Shown here: piece after piece, positions 11,233 through 22,115 of the stretch
Layout of the letters: each line of letters begins with the position of its first letter
Numbering within the stretch: the first letter of the stretch is position 1
Source of the DNA: Candidatus Nitrosopelagicus sp.
GTDB lineage: Archaea; Thermoproteota; Nitrososphaeria; Nitrososphaerales; Nitrosopumilaceae
Assembly: GCA_028344155.1 (NCBI GenBank)
Contig: JAOMAI010000002.1
Coordinates: forward strand, 4,751 to 68,750
Length of the DNA: 64,000 nt
Reading direction: 5' to 3'
Notes under the pieces: generated by a model
What the model saw: the letters and a program-made list of their open reading frames with translations, nothing else
What the model was told of the DNA's origin: nothing
Databases searched by the model: none
Program-made: the position numbers and the translations under genes

Positions 11233-11638
11233 GATTGATGAGAAGATTTTAGACTATTTGAGAAATGATTCTAGAGAATCATTTGTAGAGATTGGGAAAA
11301 AATTAAAGCTTTCAGAGTCTGCAGTTCGCAGAAGAGTAAAGAATTTGGTAGACAGTAAAGTTATTGAAAAATTTACAATTGAAATGGGAGAGACCAATTC
11401 TACAAGTGCAATAGTTTTGATATCCGTTGACTCAACTACAGATACATCAAAAGTTTCATCCAGATTAACAAAATTGTATGCAGTAAAAACAGTTTATGAA
11501 ATAACTGGACAGTACGATATCAGTGTGATCATAAAAGCACCAAGTATAACTGAGATTAATGCTGCAATTGATGAACTAAGAAAAATTCCAGGTGTAATTG
11601 ATACAAACACAGTAATTATTCTAAGAACAATCAGATAA
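11219..11638 (+). CDS. lysM: Lrp/AsnC family regulator LysM
   Basis: N-terminal HTH (LSESAVRRRVKNL), YEITGQYD; within the lys/arg cluster; start placed at MSKDK. Confidence 0.85.
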   Translation: MSKDKIDEKILDYLRNDSRESFVEIGKKLKLSESAVRRRVKNLVDSKVIEKFTIEMGETNSTSAIVLISVDSTTDTSKVSSRLTKLYAVKTVYEITGQYDISVIIKAPSITEINAAIDELRKIPGVIDTNTVIILRTIR

Positions 11639-11753
11639 ACGAAAATCGATATGATTTTTTAAATTCATACTAAATTAGATAAGAAATGACTGAATATCTA
11701 CGAAGCTAGTACGATTATGTTTATATTAATCATTTATTTCAACGAAATTAGTA

Positions 11754-12935
11754 ATGACTGATCCGAATCACTATGCAGACATGTATAACTCATATGAAAA
11801 AACTCCAAAAAAAATTCGAGTGTTAGATTCAACTCTAAGAGAAGGCGAACAACATCCAGGAGTTTCATTTACAAATAAACAGAGAATTCAGATAGCATGG
11901 ATGCTAGATTATTTTGGTGTAGATCAGATTGAAATTTCACCAGTAGTTTCACCAGATCATAAAGAAGCAACAAAAACAATCATACAACAAGGATTAAAGG
12001 CAGATATTGTTTCACATGGTAGAGCATTAAGACAAGACATTGATACATCATTATCATGTGATGCAAAATGGGTAGCTGCATATCTAGGAATATCAGATAT
12101 TCATCTAAAAGACAAATTACGAATTACACAAGACGAAGCATTAGAACGTGCGGTAGATACAGTAACTTATGCAAAAGATCATGGATTAAAAATTAGATTT
12201 ACGGTTGAAGATGGAAGTAGAGCAGAGCCTGAATTTTTGTTGAAGTTATGTAAATCAATTGAAGATGCAGGAGTTGATAGAATTAGTTTACCAGATACAG
12301 TTGGAATAATGAGACCAATTGGAATGTATAATTTTGTTAAGAAAGTTCGTTCAGAAATATCTACACCACTTGATGTTCATGTACATAATGATATTGGATT
12401 TGCACTAGCAAATGCATTTTCAGCATGTGATGCAGGAGTTGATCAAATTCACACCACAATTGATGGAATTGGAGAAAGAACGGGTATACCGGCATTAGCA
12501 GAAGTAGCAGTTGCTTTAACATATCTCTTCAAATCTCCAAATGATTTTAGATTAGATATGCTAGCAGATCTTTCAAGACTCATAGAACAATATACCACAA
12601 TTCAACCATATGATTCAAAACCAATTGTAGGGTCATCAGCTTACAAACATAAAGCAGGAACCCATTTAGCTGCAATTCTCAATAATCCAGCAGCCTATGA
12701 ACCAATCCCACCAAGAGTAGTTGGAAATAGAAGAAAAATAGTATTTGGGGAATTAGCAGGTAAAACAGGTGCAAGTTATCTCATGTCATTATTAGGAATA
12801 GCAAAAGATCCTGAAACTGCAAAGAATGTTGCAGCTGGCTTAAAGAATCTAAGAATGGGTGATGTTCTGGAAATTCCACTAGAGGATCGCCTTGAACGTA
12901 AAATAATTAAGGATGAAAAAAGAGAGGAAAAATAG
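11754..12935 (+). CDS. Homocitrate synthase (LeuA family)
   Basis: DSTLREGEQ, HVHNDIG, GIGERTG, HKAGTH; no regulatory domain; next to lysW/lysX. Confidence 0.85.
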   Translation: MTDPNHYADMYNSYEKTPKKIRVLDSTLREGEQHPGVSFTNKQRIQIAWMLDYFGVDQIEISPVVSPDHKEATKTIIQQGLKADIVSHGRALRQDIDTSLSCDAKWVAAYLGISDIHLKDKLRITQDEALERAVDTVTYAKDHGLKIRFTVEDGSRAEPEFLLKLCKSIEDAGVDRISLPDTVGIMRPIGMYNFVKKVRSEISTPLDVHVHNDIGFALANAFSACDAGVDQIHTTIDGIGERTGIPALAEVAVALTYLFKSPNDFRLDMLADLSRLIEQYTTIQPYDSKPIVGSSAYKHKAGTHLAAILNNPAAYEPIPPRVVGNRRKIVFGELAGKTGASYLMSLLGIAKDPETAKNVAAGLKNLRMGDVLEIPLEDRLERKIIKDEKREEK

Positions 12936-12941
12936 GTAAAA

Positions 12942-13109
12942 ATGGCAAATTGTCCTGAATGTGATGCAAACATAGGTATCCCTGACGATGCAGTAGAAGG
13001 CGAAATTGTCACCTGTCCAGATTGCGGCGCAAGTTTTGAACTTAGCAAAGCATCCGAAGGTTTTGAGTTAAAACCAGCTCAAACAGTCGGAGAGGATTGG
13101 GGACAGTGA
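12942..13109 (+). CDS. lysW: Second LysW carrier protein, 55 aa, ending EDWGQ (not in ORF track)
   Basis: Hand translation MANCPECDANIGIPDDAVEGEIVTCPDCGASFELSKASEGFELKPAQTVGEDWGQ. Confidence 0.93.
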   Translation: MANCPECDANIGIPDDAVEGEIVTCPDCGASFELSKASEGFELKPAQTVGEDWGQ

Positions 13110-13951
13110 CCGGCAAAATTTCAATCCTTTACGATACAATCCGTCTTGAAGAAAAATTACTAATTGAATCTGCAAAGAAAAATGAAATCGCAATAGACAT
13201 GGTAGATTGTAAAAAATTATTTTTGGATTTGAATGAAAAAAATTGCTTAGAAGGGCCAGTATTACAAAGATGTGTTAGTTATTATAGAAATTTACACTCG
13301 ACTGCAGCTCTTGAAGGTCAAGGTGCCAAAGTAGTAAATTGTTTAAACACAGGCATCTTTGCTGGAAATAAATTATTTACACATATGTTATTACAAAAAG
13401 CAGGAGTTCCAACACCGGATGCAACAGTTGCATTCTCAAAAGATTCTGCACTAGAGGCATTAAAAAAACATGGATTTCCAAAAATTATCAAGCCAACAGT
13501 AGGTAGCTGGGGAAGAATGGTTTCCAAGTTAAATGATATGGATGCTGCAGAAGGAATTATAGAAGGAAGAGAAGCAATGTATCCAATTCATCACATTCAT
13601 TTTCTAGAGGAGTTTGTGCAACGTCCACCAAGAGATATTCGTGTAATCGTCATAGGAGATAATGTTGCAGCTGGAATATACAGAAATTCAGGAGATGGGA
13701 ATTGGAAAACAAATACACATCTTGGTGGCTCTGCAGAAACATGTGAGATTACTAATGAACTTGAAGACATTTGTATTAAAGCAAAAGATGCAGTGTTTGG
13801 AGATATTGTTGGAATTGATTTAATGGAGAGTAATGAGAAAGGTATGGTCGTACATGAAATAAACAATACAACCGAATTTAGAAATGTTGTAAGAGTTACA
13901 GGCGTGGATATTCCAGGATTAATGTTAGAACATGTTAAGGGGTTAGCATAG
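13106..13951 (+). CDS. lysX: Second LysX/ArgX ATP-grasp ligase
   Basis: KPTVGSWGR, RDIRV, HEINNTTEF; paralog of 7306..8160; GTG start overlaps the lysW stop. Confidence 0.9.
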   Translation: MTGKISILYDTIRLEEKLLIESAKKNEIAIDMVDCKKLFLDLNEKNCLEGPVLQRCVSYYRNLHSTAALEGQGAKVVNCLNTGIFAGNKLFTHMLLQKAGVPTPDATVAFSKDSALEALKKHGFPKIIKPTVGSWGRMVSKLNDMDAAEGIIEGREAMYPIHHIHFLEEFVQRPPRDIRVIVIGDNVAAGIYRNSGDGNWKTNTHLGGSAETCEITNELEDICIKAKDAVFGDIVGIDLMESNEKGMVVHEINNTTEFRNVVRVTGVDIPGLMLEHVKGLA

Positions 13952-15073
13952 ATGGATGAACATTTAGAAACTTCCAGATATGCAATTAAAACTTTAGAAA
14001 AAGCATTACGAATCTACACTCCATCATTAAGTGAAAAGGCTTTGGCTGATTTTCTTGCAGATAGATGTGATGATTTAGGATTTAGAGATATTCATCAAGA
14101 TGAAGTTGGAAACTTGATTGCAACTAAAGGCTCAGGAGAACCAAAAATAATGTTATGTGGTCACATGGATGTGGTTCCAGGAAAGATTAAGGTAAGAATA
14201 GAGGGCGATATGCTGCATGGTAGAGGTGCCTCAGATGCAAAAGCACCACTAATTGCAATGTTATTTGCGGCTGCAAGTATAGGAGAGAATCAAGGAACTA
14301 TAACATTTGTTGGAGCAGTTGATGAAGAAGGTAATGCAACCGGAATAAAGAATTTAGTAAAAAATAAGCCCGAGGTAGATTACGCAGTTTTTGGAGAACC
14401 AAGTAGCATTCAAAAGGTTACAATTGCCTACAAAGGTCGTTTAGCAATTAATCTCAGAGTGAATGTGAAGGATAGCGCCCATGCAAGTGCTCCATGGTTG
14501 GCAAAAAATGCAATAGAAGAAATATCATCAGTTGCAACTGAATTGAAAAATGAGTTAGAAGGAGGTCAAGAAGAGAAAAGTAAGGGAATGATGCTTACTG
14601 CAACCCTTACAGAAATTCGTGGAGGTACAAGCCATAATGTTACACCAAAAGAATGTGTAGCTACATTAGACATTAGGATTCCAGTTGACATGAATTGTAA
14701 TGATATTGAAGAGAAAATTACCAGAATAGTTAATCAGATATCAACAAAAAGAGAGATTGAAGTTTTGTATTCGGTAATAGATGAGACAGAACCATTTGAG
14801 GCAGCACATAATTCACCATTAGTAAGAGCATTAACATTATCAGTGTTAGATGTAGAAAAGAAAAGACCAATGTTAATTAGAAAAACAGGTACAGGCGACA
14901 TGAATGTTATAGGAAATCAATTAAAAATACCAGTCATTACATATGGTCCAGGAGATCCTCATGAAGCACATACAATTGATGAAAAAGTTTCAATTGATGA
15001 ATTTATCAAAGGAATAGAAATTCTAAAAAAATCACTACATCATTTAAAAAGACTACATGATAGAACGAAATAA
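13952..15073 (+). CDS. lysK: [LysW]-lysine/ornithine hydrolase (M20 family, LysK/ArgE)
   Basis: GHMDVV, GRGASDAK, DEE, KTGTGDMN, YGPGD...AHT. Confidence 0.92.
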   Translation: MDEHLETSRYAIKTLEKALRIYTPSLSEKALADFLADRCDDLGFRDIHQDEVGNLIATKGSGEPKIMLCGHMDVVPGKIKVRIEGDMLHGRGASDAKAPLIAMLFAAASIGENQGTITFVGAVDEEGNATGIKNLVKNKPEVDYAVFGEPSSIQKVTIAYKGRLAINLRVNVKDSAHASAPWLAKNAIEEISSVATELKNELEGGQEEKSKGMMLTATLTEIRGGTSHNVTPKECVATLDIRIPVDMNCNDIEEKITRIVNQISTKREIEVLYSVIDETEPFEAAHNSPLVRALTLSVLDVEKKRPMLIRKTGTGDMNVIGNQLKIPVITYGPGDPHEAHTIDEKVSIDEFIKGIEILKKSLHHLKRLHDRTK

Positions 15074-16110
15074 TGCTGTGGTTTATCGGATTAGGAATTT
15101 CAGGTATTTCAGAATTATCAGATAGCACATTAGATGTAATAAAAAATGCAAAAAATGTATATTTAGAATCATTTACCAGTCCAATTTCAGAAACTGAAAA
15201 AAAACAATTAGAAGATATTTCAAACGGTGAATTTAAGATTGCTAAACGATGGTTAGTTGAGGATGGTAATGAAATTCTAAAAAATGCAAAAAATGAAGAA
15301 ACAGTATTAATTTCATATGGCGACCCATACATTGCTACAACACATCTTGAATTAAAGACACGAGCAATGAGAGATGGAATAGAAACAAAAACAATTCATT
15401 CAGCTTCAATTGTTTCATCATTAATTGGAGAAATAGGATTGCACTATTACAAAGTTGGAAAGGTGTTAACCATCATGAATGATTCAAAATCAATGATCAC
15501 ACCATACAATACAATTTTTGATAATTTATTGAGTAAAACACATTCAGTGGTTTTACTCGAATACAATGAAGATAAATCATTTTTCTTAGATCCAAAAGAT
15601 GCATTTTCATTATTACTGAATTCTGAAAAGACGCAGAATCGCAAAGTCATTTCAAAAGAAACTTATGCAATTGTTGCATCTAGAATTGGAAAAAATAATC
15701 AAAAAATAATTTCAGGGCATATATCAAATTTAATCAAAAAAGAATTTGGAGAATCACCACACAGCATAATTATACCTGGAAGATTACATTTTACAGAATC
15801 AGATGCACTAAAAACCATTACAGAATGTCTTGATGAACCAACTGATAATTCTGCAGATGTAAAAAGTATTTCAGAACAGATGATTGAAAAATATGTTCCA
15901 ATGGTACGAGAAGCACTAGAAGAAATTAGACCACATTATGATAATCTTAAAGAATACGAGGATGTTTTGATAAATGCAAAATTGTATATCGATGATGCAG
16001 AAAATTTTCTGAAAGAAGGAAAAAAGGAATTTGCAGTACTAAGTATAGGTTATGCGGATGGATTAGTTGATGCATTACGCATTGCAAAAGGTTTTGACCC
16101 AAAAATGTGA
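15073..16110 (+). CDS. dph5: Diphthine synthase with C-terminal DUF357-like domain
   Basis: LWFIGLGI, YLESFTS, GDPYIATTH, PHSIIIPG; C-terminal YIDDA..F...YADGLVDA. Confidence 0.9.
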   Translation: MLWFIGLGISGISELSDSTLDVIKNAKNVYLESFTSPISETEKKQLEDISNGEFKIAKRWLVEDGNEILKNAKNEETVLISYGDPYIATTHLELKTRAMRDGIETKTIHSASIVSSLIGEIGLHYYKVGKVLTIMNDSKSMITPYNTIFDNLLSKTHSVVLLEYNEDKSFFLDPKDAFSLLLNSEKTQNRKVISKETYAIVASRIGKNNQKIISGHISNLIKKEFGESPHSIIIPGRLHFTESDALKTITECLDEPTDNSADVKSISEQMIEKYVPMVREALEEIRPHYDNLKEYEDVLINAKLYIDDAENFLKEGKKEFAVLSIGYADGLVDALRIAKGFDPKM

Positions 16111-16137
16111 TAACGATGAGTTGAAATTGGACATAAC

Positions 16138-16611
16138 ATGAATGAAAACAATATGAAAACACTTTCAGAAATACAAAATTCATCATCAAAAATTGTTTTG
16201 GCAGGAGGAGTTTTTGATATAATTCATCCTGGACATATTAATACATTAAATGCTGCAAAGAAGCTAGGAGATTTTTTGGTTGTGGTAATAGCGACAGATA
16301 AAACAGCAGTTAAGATGAAAAAACGTAAGCCATTGCATAGTGCTCAATTAAGACAAGAATTAGTTTCATCATTAAATATGGTGGATTTGTGTATTATTGG
16401 AAATGATGAAGATATCTTCAAAACAGTTGATTTGGTTAAGCCACAAGTAATTGCTTTAGGTTATGATCAGACTCATCAAGAAAAATTTATCACGGAAGGA
16501 TGTAAGAACATAAACTTGGATGTAGTAGTAGCTAGACTAGAATCGCCAAGACCAGAAACTTCAAGTTCAGCAATTCAAAAAGAATATGGTGACGATATTC
16601 ATGGTCTTTAA
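16138..16611 (+). CDS. ribL: FAD synthetase (cytidylyltransferase family)
   Basis: GGVFDIIHPGH, IALGYDQ, TSSSAI; convergent with ribK. Confidence 0.8.
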   Translation: MNENNMKTLSEIQNSSSKIVLAGGVFDIIHPGHINTLNAAKKLGDFLVVVIATDKTAVKMKKRKPLHSAQLRQELVSSLNMVDLCIIGNDEDIFKTVDLVKPQVIALGYDQTHQEKFITEGCKNINLDVVVARLESPRPETSSSAIQKEYGDDIHGL

Positions 16612-17300
16612 GAAAAATTATCTAATATTGAAATTTTAACTTTAACATTTGATTTATCAGAAATTTTTAATACTTTTCGTATGTTATTTTTTGAAATGAA
16701 TTCTACAATTGTCGTATCATGATGTGTTCTTTCCAATAAAATTAATTCACAGTCAATTTTATTATTTATTTTTGATTTAAAGCATTTGACCCATCCAAAG
16801 GTTCTCTTGCCATCAGAAAATGGGCTAATCTTTACTCCTTCATAATTTGATAATTGTGAGATGGCTTCAGAAAACTTTTTTTCTTTAATTTGTACATTCA
16901 AAGTTCCAGGGTATGGGACATAACCTAATTTAGATTTGAATTGTTTGGTGTATCCCTTCATAGACATATAGTATGCACCTTCTCCCATTCCAGAAGTTAT
17001 GGTTCCAGTAAAAGTTAGTGAATTAGGAGATTTGGATATTAATTTTGATAGAAGATTGTTTAATGTTGATAATTCAACGAATCCTTTATGGGTGATTTTT
17101 ATTGATTGTTTTCTTCCAGATTGGATTCTTTCAATAAATCCACCTAACTCCAACTCTTTTAGATGCAGAGATGCAGATTGTTGAGATTTTCCAATTTCTT
17201 TTCCAAGTGAGGTGGTGGTGATATTAACAAAATTATGTTTTCCTCCTTTTGATAAGATGTGTGCTAGAGTTAGAAGATGTTGTGTCTTTAGATCAGTCAT
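16608..17300 (-). CDS. ribK: CTP-dependent riboflavin kinase with N-terminal wHTH
   Basis: SQQSAS HTH; SGMGEGAYY, PYPGTLN, RTHH. Confidence 0.92.
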   Translation of the reverse strand: MTDLKTQHLLTLAHILSKGGKHNFVNITTTSLGKEIGKSQQSASLHLKELELGGFIERIQSGRKQSIKITHKGFVELSTLNNLLSKLISKSPNSLTFTGTITSGMGEGAYYMSMKGYTKQFKSKLGYVPYPGTLNVQIKEKKFSEAISQLSNYEGVKISPFSDGKRTFGWVKCFKSKINNKIDCELILLERTHHDTTIVEFISKNNIRKVLKISDKSNVKVKISILDNFS

Positions 17301-18448
17301 TAATTAGATGCTATACCAAGTTCTCTAAATGTTTTTAATGATACACCATCAGAGTCAGATAATTTTGCAGTTCTATGACCAATGATGTTTTCAACACCAG
17401 CGGTTTTTGCAGCATCAACGAGTCTTTGAGTAATTATTCCATCTAGAATTAGATATTTTATTCCAGATTGACCAGCAATTTTTCCAACTAATTCAGGAAT
17501 TGCAACTCTAAATACTTCAGATTCACTTGAATCAAGTGCAATTGCTTCTAGAGATTCATTTAATTCTGAGAATTTATTTTTGCACAACTCTGCAAGAGGT
17601 CCGTCATCCATATTTTTAATTTCAGGTGCAGATAATTCTTCTTCCATCTGTTTTTTAACAGGACTCAAAAGTTCATCAACTCGTTTTGGGGTTAATTCTT
17701 CAACTTCAATTCCAGTATCAGCACGTAGTTCAAGATCAACATGTACAACAGATTTTAGTTCTTTTAAAATGAATCCACCGGCTCTATCACCATCTGTGAA
17801 TGCTACAACCTTTTCTTTTTCTTCACATATTTCTTTAATTGATTCATCAATTCGTCCTCCCTCAAATGCTAATGCATTGTCATAACCTGCTCTTAAGAGA
17901 TTGATTATGTCAGCACGTCCTTCTACAAGGATTATCCATTTAGAATCAAATATTCCTGTACTACAATGAAGTTTTTTAGGACCGTATGTGGTAATTTTTT
18001 CTGAATTATTTTCATGAACTTGTTCAAGCATTTCCTGTCCTTCACTAACAGAATTTGTTGACCATTTTTGTTTGATTTCTTTAGCACGTTGTAAGATATC
18101 TTGTTTTTTTGTTGCTCTAACATCATCGATGCCTTCTAATCTGAATGTGCTATCAAATGGGCCGACCTTGTCTATGCTTTCAATTGCAGCTGAGATTAAC
18201 GAACATGTGTCAATGTCAGTACTCATTGGTAACAATGAATCACCTTTAGTATTATTTTCAGATTGGAAAGTATTTACTTCAATTCGACCGACCTTAGATA
18301 CTCTTTGCAGTTCATTCAGATTCATTTCAGGTCCCAAAAGACCTTCAGTTTGTCCGAATATAGCGCCGATTATATCTGCTCGTTCGACAAGCCCATCAAC
18401 TTCGAATGAAAGTTTAACGTGATACTTGACAATACCGGTATATGGCAA
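17300..18448 (-). CDS. dnaG: Archaeal DnaG-like primase / exosome-associated protein
   Basis: GAIFGQTEGLLG, TOPRIM VEGRAD and DGDRAG, DGIITQRL. Confidence 0.95.
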   Translation of the reverse strand: MPYTGIVKYHVKLSFEVDGLVERADIIGAIFGQTEGLLGPEMNLNELQRVSKVGRIEVNTFQSENNTKGDSLLPMSTDIDTCSLISAAIESIDKVGPFDSTFRLEGIDDVRATKKQDILQRAKEIKQKWSTNSVSEGQEMLEQVHENNSEKITTYGPKKLHCSTGIFDSKWIILVEGRADIINLLRAGYDNALAFEGGRIDESIKEICEEKEKVVAFTDGDRAGGFILKELKSVVHVDLELRADTGIEVEELTPKRVDELLSPVKKQMEEELSAPEIKNMDDGPLAELCKNKFSELNESLEAIALDSSESEVFRVAIPELVGKIAGQSGIKYLILDGIITQRLVDAAKTAGVENIIGHRTAKLSDSDGVSLKTFRELGIASN

Positions 18449-18548
18449 TTATTTATCATCTCCTTATTATTCAATATTCAGAGATATAATTTGAGATTTA
18501 TAAACGATTTGAATAAATTAAATGAAAAAGAGAGAAGAGAAAAAATGT

Positions 18549-19070
18549 TTACTCAGTACTGAATGAAGAGCCACATGAACAAGATTTTGTTACATTTGGA
18601 TTATTGATTTTAAAACCAGAACCCATTAGGCTTTCAATATAATCGACGTTTGCACCGTTCAAATGATCAATGCTCATACTATCGACTAGTACTTTGACAC
18701 CATTTTCTTCAATTACTCTATCATCTTCCTCAGCTTCTTTTTCAAAGCCCATTCCGTATGATAGACCAGAACAACCACCACCTTGAACGTAAATTCTTAG
18801 GAATTGTGGATTGCCATCTTCCTCAGCCATGAATTCTTTGATTTTTTCAGCGGCTGGGGCAGTGATTGTTACCACTTTACCTGATTGTGCTTTTGGTTGT
18901 TCCAATTCAGCAGATGCCTGTTGTGGTTTTGGAGTCTCAGTATGAGTACTGCAAGAATCACCGACTGTTTCAGTTTGAGCCTCGTGATTTGGACCACATC
19001 CACACCCATGATCATCATGTGATTCATGAGCTGCATCGTGAGTTTGTTCAGTTGCCATACAGATTTTCAA
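18549..19070 (-). CDS. HesB/IscA/ErpA A-type Fe-S carrier with His/Cys-rich N-terminus
   Basis: GGGCSGLSY, NPN...SCSCGSSF. Confidence 0.92.
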   Translation of the reverse strand: MKICMATEQTHDAAHESHDDHGCGCGPNHEAQTETVGDSCSTHTETPKPQQASAELEQPKAQSGKVVTITAPAAEKIKEFMAEEDGNPQFLRIYVQGGGCSGLSYGMGFEKEAEEDDRVIEENGVKVLVDSMSIDHLNGANVDYIESLMGSGFKINNPNVTKSCSCGSSFSTE

Positions 19071-19141
19071 TCCTCAAATTATAAGAAGCTTTTCCCCCTT
19101 TGTAGCGTATTAATAAAGAAAATAAGAAAAATAGAGTGGTT

Positions 19142-19903
19142 CTATTTTTTTGATTTATTAACAAAGTCTACCATGCGTTGTTCCCTATCAGGATCAGAGA
19201 AACAGTTTCTCCAGGCCAATAGTTCGACACCTAATCCAGTATCTAGATCTGCATTTCGTCCTTTGTTAATAGCTGTTTTTGACATGCGAACTGCGAGTGT
19301 AGCGTTTGATGCAATAGTTTTTGCCATGCTCATAACCTCTTCCATTAGAGATTCTAAGGGAACGACATTATTTACAAGACCAATTTCTTTTGCTTCAGCA
19401 GCCTTTATCATTTTGCCAGTGTAGACAAGTTCTTTTGCTTTTGCAATACCAACTATTCGCATCAATCTTTGTGTTCCACCCCATCCAGGAGGAATTCCAA
19501 TTGTAACTTCAGGTTGGCCCATTCTTGCATTTTCAGATGCGATTCTAATGTCACAAGACATTGCAACTTCACAACCACCACCTAATGCAAATCCATTCAC
19601 TGCAGCAATTGTTGGTTTTGAAATATTTTCAACAGTTGCAGTTACTTCTTGTCCAAGCTTTGCATATACTTCAGATTCATCAGCAGATATTTTTGACATG
19701 TATTCAATGTCAGCTCCAGCTGAGAATGCTTTATCACCTTCGCCAGTCAAAACAATTACTTTTACACTATCATCTTTATCGAGTTGCTGAAAAGTAGAAA
19801 TAATTTCTCTTGCAACATCAATATTCATAGCGTTAAGCTTTGTTGGGCGATTAATCTTTACGACACAAACGCCTTCATCTTTGCTTGTTGTAATCATTGA
19901 CAT
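19142..19903 (-). CDS. Enoyl-CoA hydratase; likely 3-hydroxypropionyl-CoA dehydratase/crotonyl-CoA hydratase of the 3HP/4HB cycle
   Basis: [32 protein letters not shown]; adjacent to the ADP-forming synthetase as in N. maritimus Nmar_1308/1309. Confidence 0.85.
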   Translation of the reverse strand: MSMITTSKDEGVCVVKINRPTKLNAMNIDVAREIISTFQQLDKDDSVKVIVLTGEGDKAFSAGADIEYMSKISADESEVYAKLGQEVTATVENISKPTIAAVNGFALGGGCEVAMSCDIRIASENARMGQPEVTIGIPPGWGGTQRLMRIVGIAKAKELVYTGKMIKAAEAKEIGLVNNVVPLESLMEEVMSMAKTIASNATLAVRMSKTAINKGRNADLDTGLGVELLAWRNCFSDPDREQRMVDFVNKSKK

Positions 19904-19939
19904 GATAGAAAACGAATAGAATGTGAAATTAAATGTTGT

Positions 19940-22060
19940 CTATTTTCCACGGACTTTGCCCCATTGGGCTAGTGCAGATGCCGCTGCAATCCAAGTTCTA
20001 AGGTCTTGGTAAACTGGGACATTGTGTTTTTCAATCAGTTTAATCATTTTTTCAGTATATGGTCCACCATTTCCACCACATAAGATTGGCTTTTTTCGTT
20101 TCTTTGATAGTGAAGCTAAATGTTGGACAATTGTTTCTTCAAGAGGATCATCTTGGAAAACGAACCAAGGCATTGCGATGTCAATATTTTTGTCTGCCAA
20201 GAATTGTTCAAGAACAAAGTTGTAATCACCTGCAGTTGCACCACCACCAACATCAGCTGGATTTCCATTATGAATTGGAACAGTTGGTGGGAAATGTTCT
20301 TTAATTTTTTTACGAGTTTTAGAATCTAATTTTCCAATTGTAAGTCCTAATCGTTCTAAATGATCAATTCCACCAATCATAGGACCGGCTCCATTACTTG
20401 TCATTGCAACACGATTACCATTTGCATGTGGTTGCCATGCCATTGCCTTTAAGACACCTACTAATTCCTGATAACTGTCAACTGAGATAATTCCTGCTTG
20501 TTTGAATGCGCCCATTATCATTGCATTAGAACCTCCAAGTGAACCTGTATGAGATGCTGCTTGTTTTGCACCAGCTGCGGTTCTTCCACTCTTCCAAATA
20601 ATAACCGGTTTTTTCTTTTCTTTCATTACACGTTTTGCAGTGTTGATGAATTTTCGTCCATCACCAAATCCTTCAACATATAATCCAATTACTTTAGTTT
20701 GAGGATCGTTTGCCGCATACCATATCATATCTGCTTCATCAACATCAGAACGATTACCAAAGCTAATCATTTTTGATAGACCAAACAAATCTGCACTTTC
20801 TAACATACTAATTCCCATAGTTCCACTTTGTGAAAAGAATGCAACATTACCAAGTTTTGAACGAACCATTCTTGCTTGTCCTTGGAATGCACAGTCAAGT
20901 CTATTTGCTGCATTAAACATTCCAATACAGTTAGGACCAATTACACGAATTTTGTGTTTTAATGATAATTCTTTAACTTCAGCTTCCATGGCGGCTCTAT
21001 CACCACCAAGCTCTTTTCCACCACCAGATACAATCACTACATTATGGATTCCTTTTTTTGCACATGTCTTCATTATTGGTCCACATGCAGACAGATCAAC
21101 ACAAACAACAACAAGATCAACTTTATCTTTTATTGCGTCTAATGAAGGATAACATTTCATTCCAAGGATTTTCTTTTGTTTAGGATTAATTGGATAGACT
21201 TTACCTTTGTAATCTTGTTTTCCAAGTGCATCCAATACAGAGTTACCAATTTTACCAGGAGTTGCAGATGCACCAACTAGTGCAACAGATTTTGGTGTGA
21301 AGAATTTTTCCATTGATGCAATTACTGGTTTTGCTTTTGAGATTGAATTTTTTCTTAATTCTTTATTGAGAATGATTTTTGCATCTACTACAAAGTAAGA
21401 TTTTGGGTATACGATTACAGGGTTAAAGTCAATACTGTTGATATAATTTGCATTTTCAACACCAATTTTTCCAATTTGAACAAGTGCCTTTGCTACCATG
21501 TTCGTATCAATTGGTGTACTACCACGGAAACCTTTGAGAAGTTTTGAGCCTTTTAATTCATTCAACATTGATTTTGCATCTGATGTAGTGATTGGAAGCA
21601 TTCTAAATGCAACATCCTTGAAAACTTCAGTCATTACACCGCCTAATCCAGCCATAATCATTGGTCCAAATTGTGGGTCGTTTTGTATACCTACAATTAA
21701 TTCAACGCCTCCTTTTGGAACCATTTTTTCTAAAAGGATTCCTTTTACGTCAACACCTTTCTTCTTAGATAATCTACCATACATGTCATTGAATGTTTTT
21801 TTGACATCAGCAACATTATCAATACCAACTTTTACTCCACCAACATCAGTTTTATGGAGAATTTGTGGAGATACAACTTTCATTACTAGCGGAAATCCTA
21901 ATTTCTTTGCTTGTTTTGCGGCTTCATCAGCAGATTTTGCTAGAGCGAAACCAGGTACCTTAACACCATATTTCTTTAAGATTCCTTTTGAGGATTCTTC
22001 AGTGATAACTTTATGATCAGTTTTGATTATTTCTTCAAAGGTGCTTTTTACAGAAGACAT
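19940..22060 (-). CDS. ADP-forming acyl-CoA synthetase; likely 3-hydroxypropionyl-CoA synthetase
   Basis: ATP-grasp (HKTDVGGV) fused N-terminal to CoA-binding domain (GPNCIG, SHTGSL phospho-His); synteny with the hydratase. Confidence 0.85.
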   Translation of the reverse strand: MSSVKSTFEEIIKTDHKVITEESSKGILKKYGVKVPGFALAKSADEAAKQAKKLGFPLVMKVVSPQILHKTDVGGVKVGIDNVADVKKTFNDMYGRLSKKKGVDVKGILLEKMVPKGGVELIVGIQNDPQFGPMIMAGLGGVMTEVFKDVAFRMLPITTSDAKSMLNELKGSKLLKGFRGSTPIDTNMVAKALVQIGKIGVENANYINSIDFNPVIVYPKSYFVVDAKIILNKELRKNSISKAKPVIASMEKFFTPKSVALVGASATPGKIGNSVLDALGKQDYKGKVYPINPKQKKILGMKCYPSLDAIKDKVDLVVVCVDLSACGPIMKTCAKKGIHNVVIVSGGGKELGGDRAAMEAEVKELSLKHKIRVIGPNCIGMFNAANRLDCAFQGQARMVRSKLGNVAFFSQSGTMGISMLESADLFGLSKMISFGNRSDVDEADMIWYAANDPQTKVIGLYVEGFGDGRKFINTAKRVMKEKKKPVIIWKSGRTAAGAKQAASHTGSLGGSNAMIMGAFKQAGIISVDSYQELVGVLKAMAWQPHANGNRVAMTSNGAGPMIGGIDHLERLGLTIGKLDSKTRKKIKEHFPPTVPIHNGNPADVGGGATAGDYNFVLEQFLADKNIDIAMPWFVFQDDPLEETIVQHLASLSKKRKKPILCGGNGGPYTEKMIKLIEKHNVPVYQDLRTWIAAASALAQWGKVRGK

Positions 22061-22115
22061 TATTCGATCGATGAAAAAATTTTTCGTTATATTAATCTTT
22101 GATCAAAATTATTGT

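Noticed and set aside
5840-11720. Possible LysM operator-like sequences upstream of argG (about 5843) and homocitrate synthase (about 11640)
   Set aside because: Only loose CG-A/T-tract-CG resemblance; too weak to call without a matrix scan
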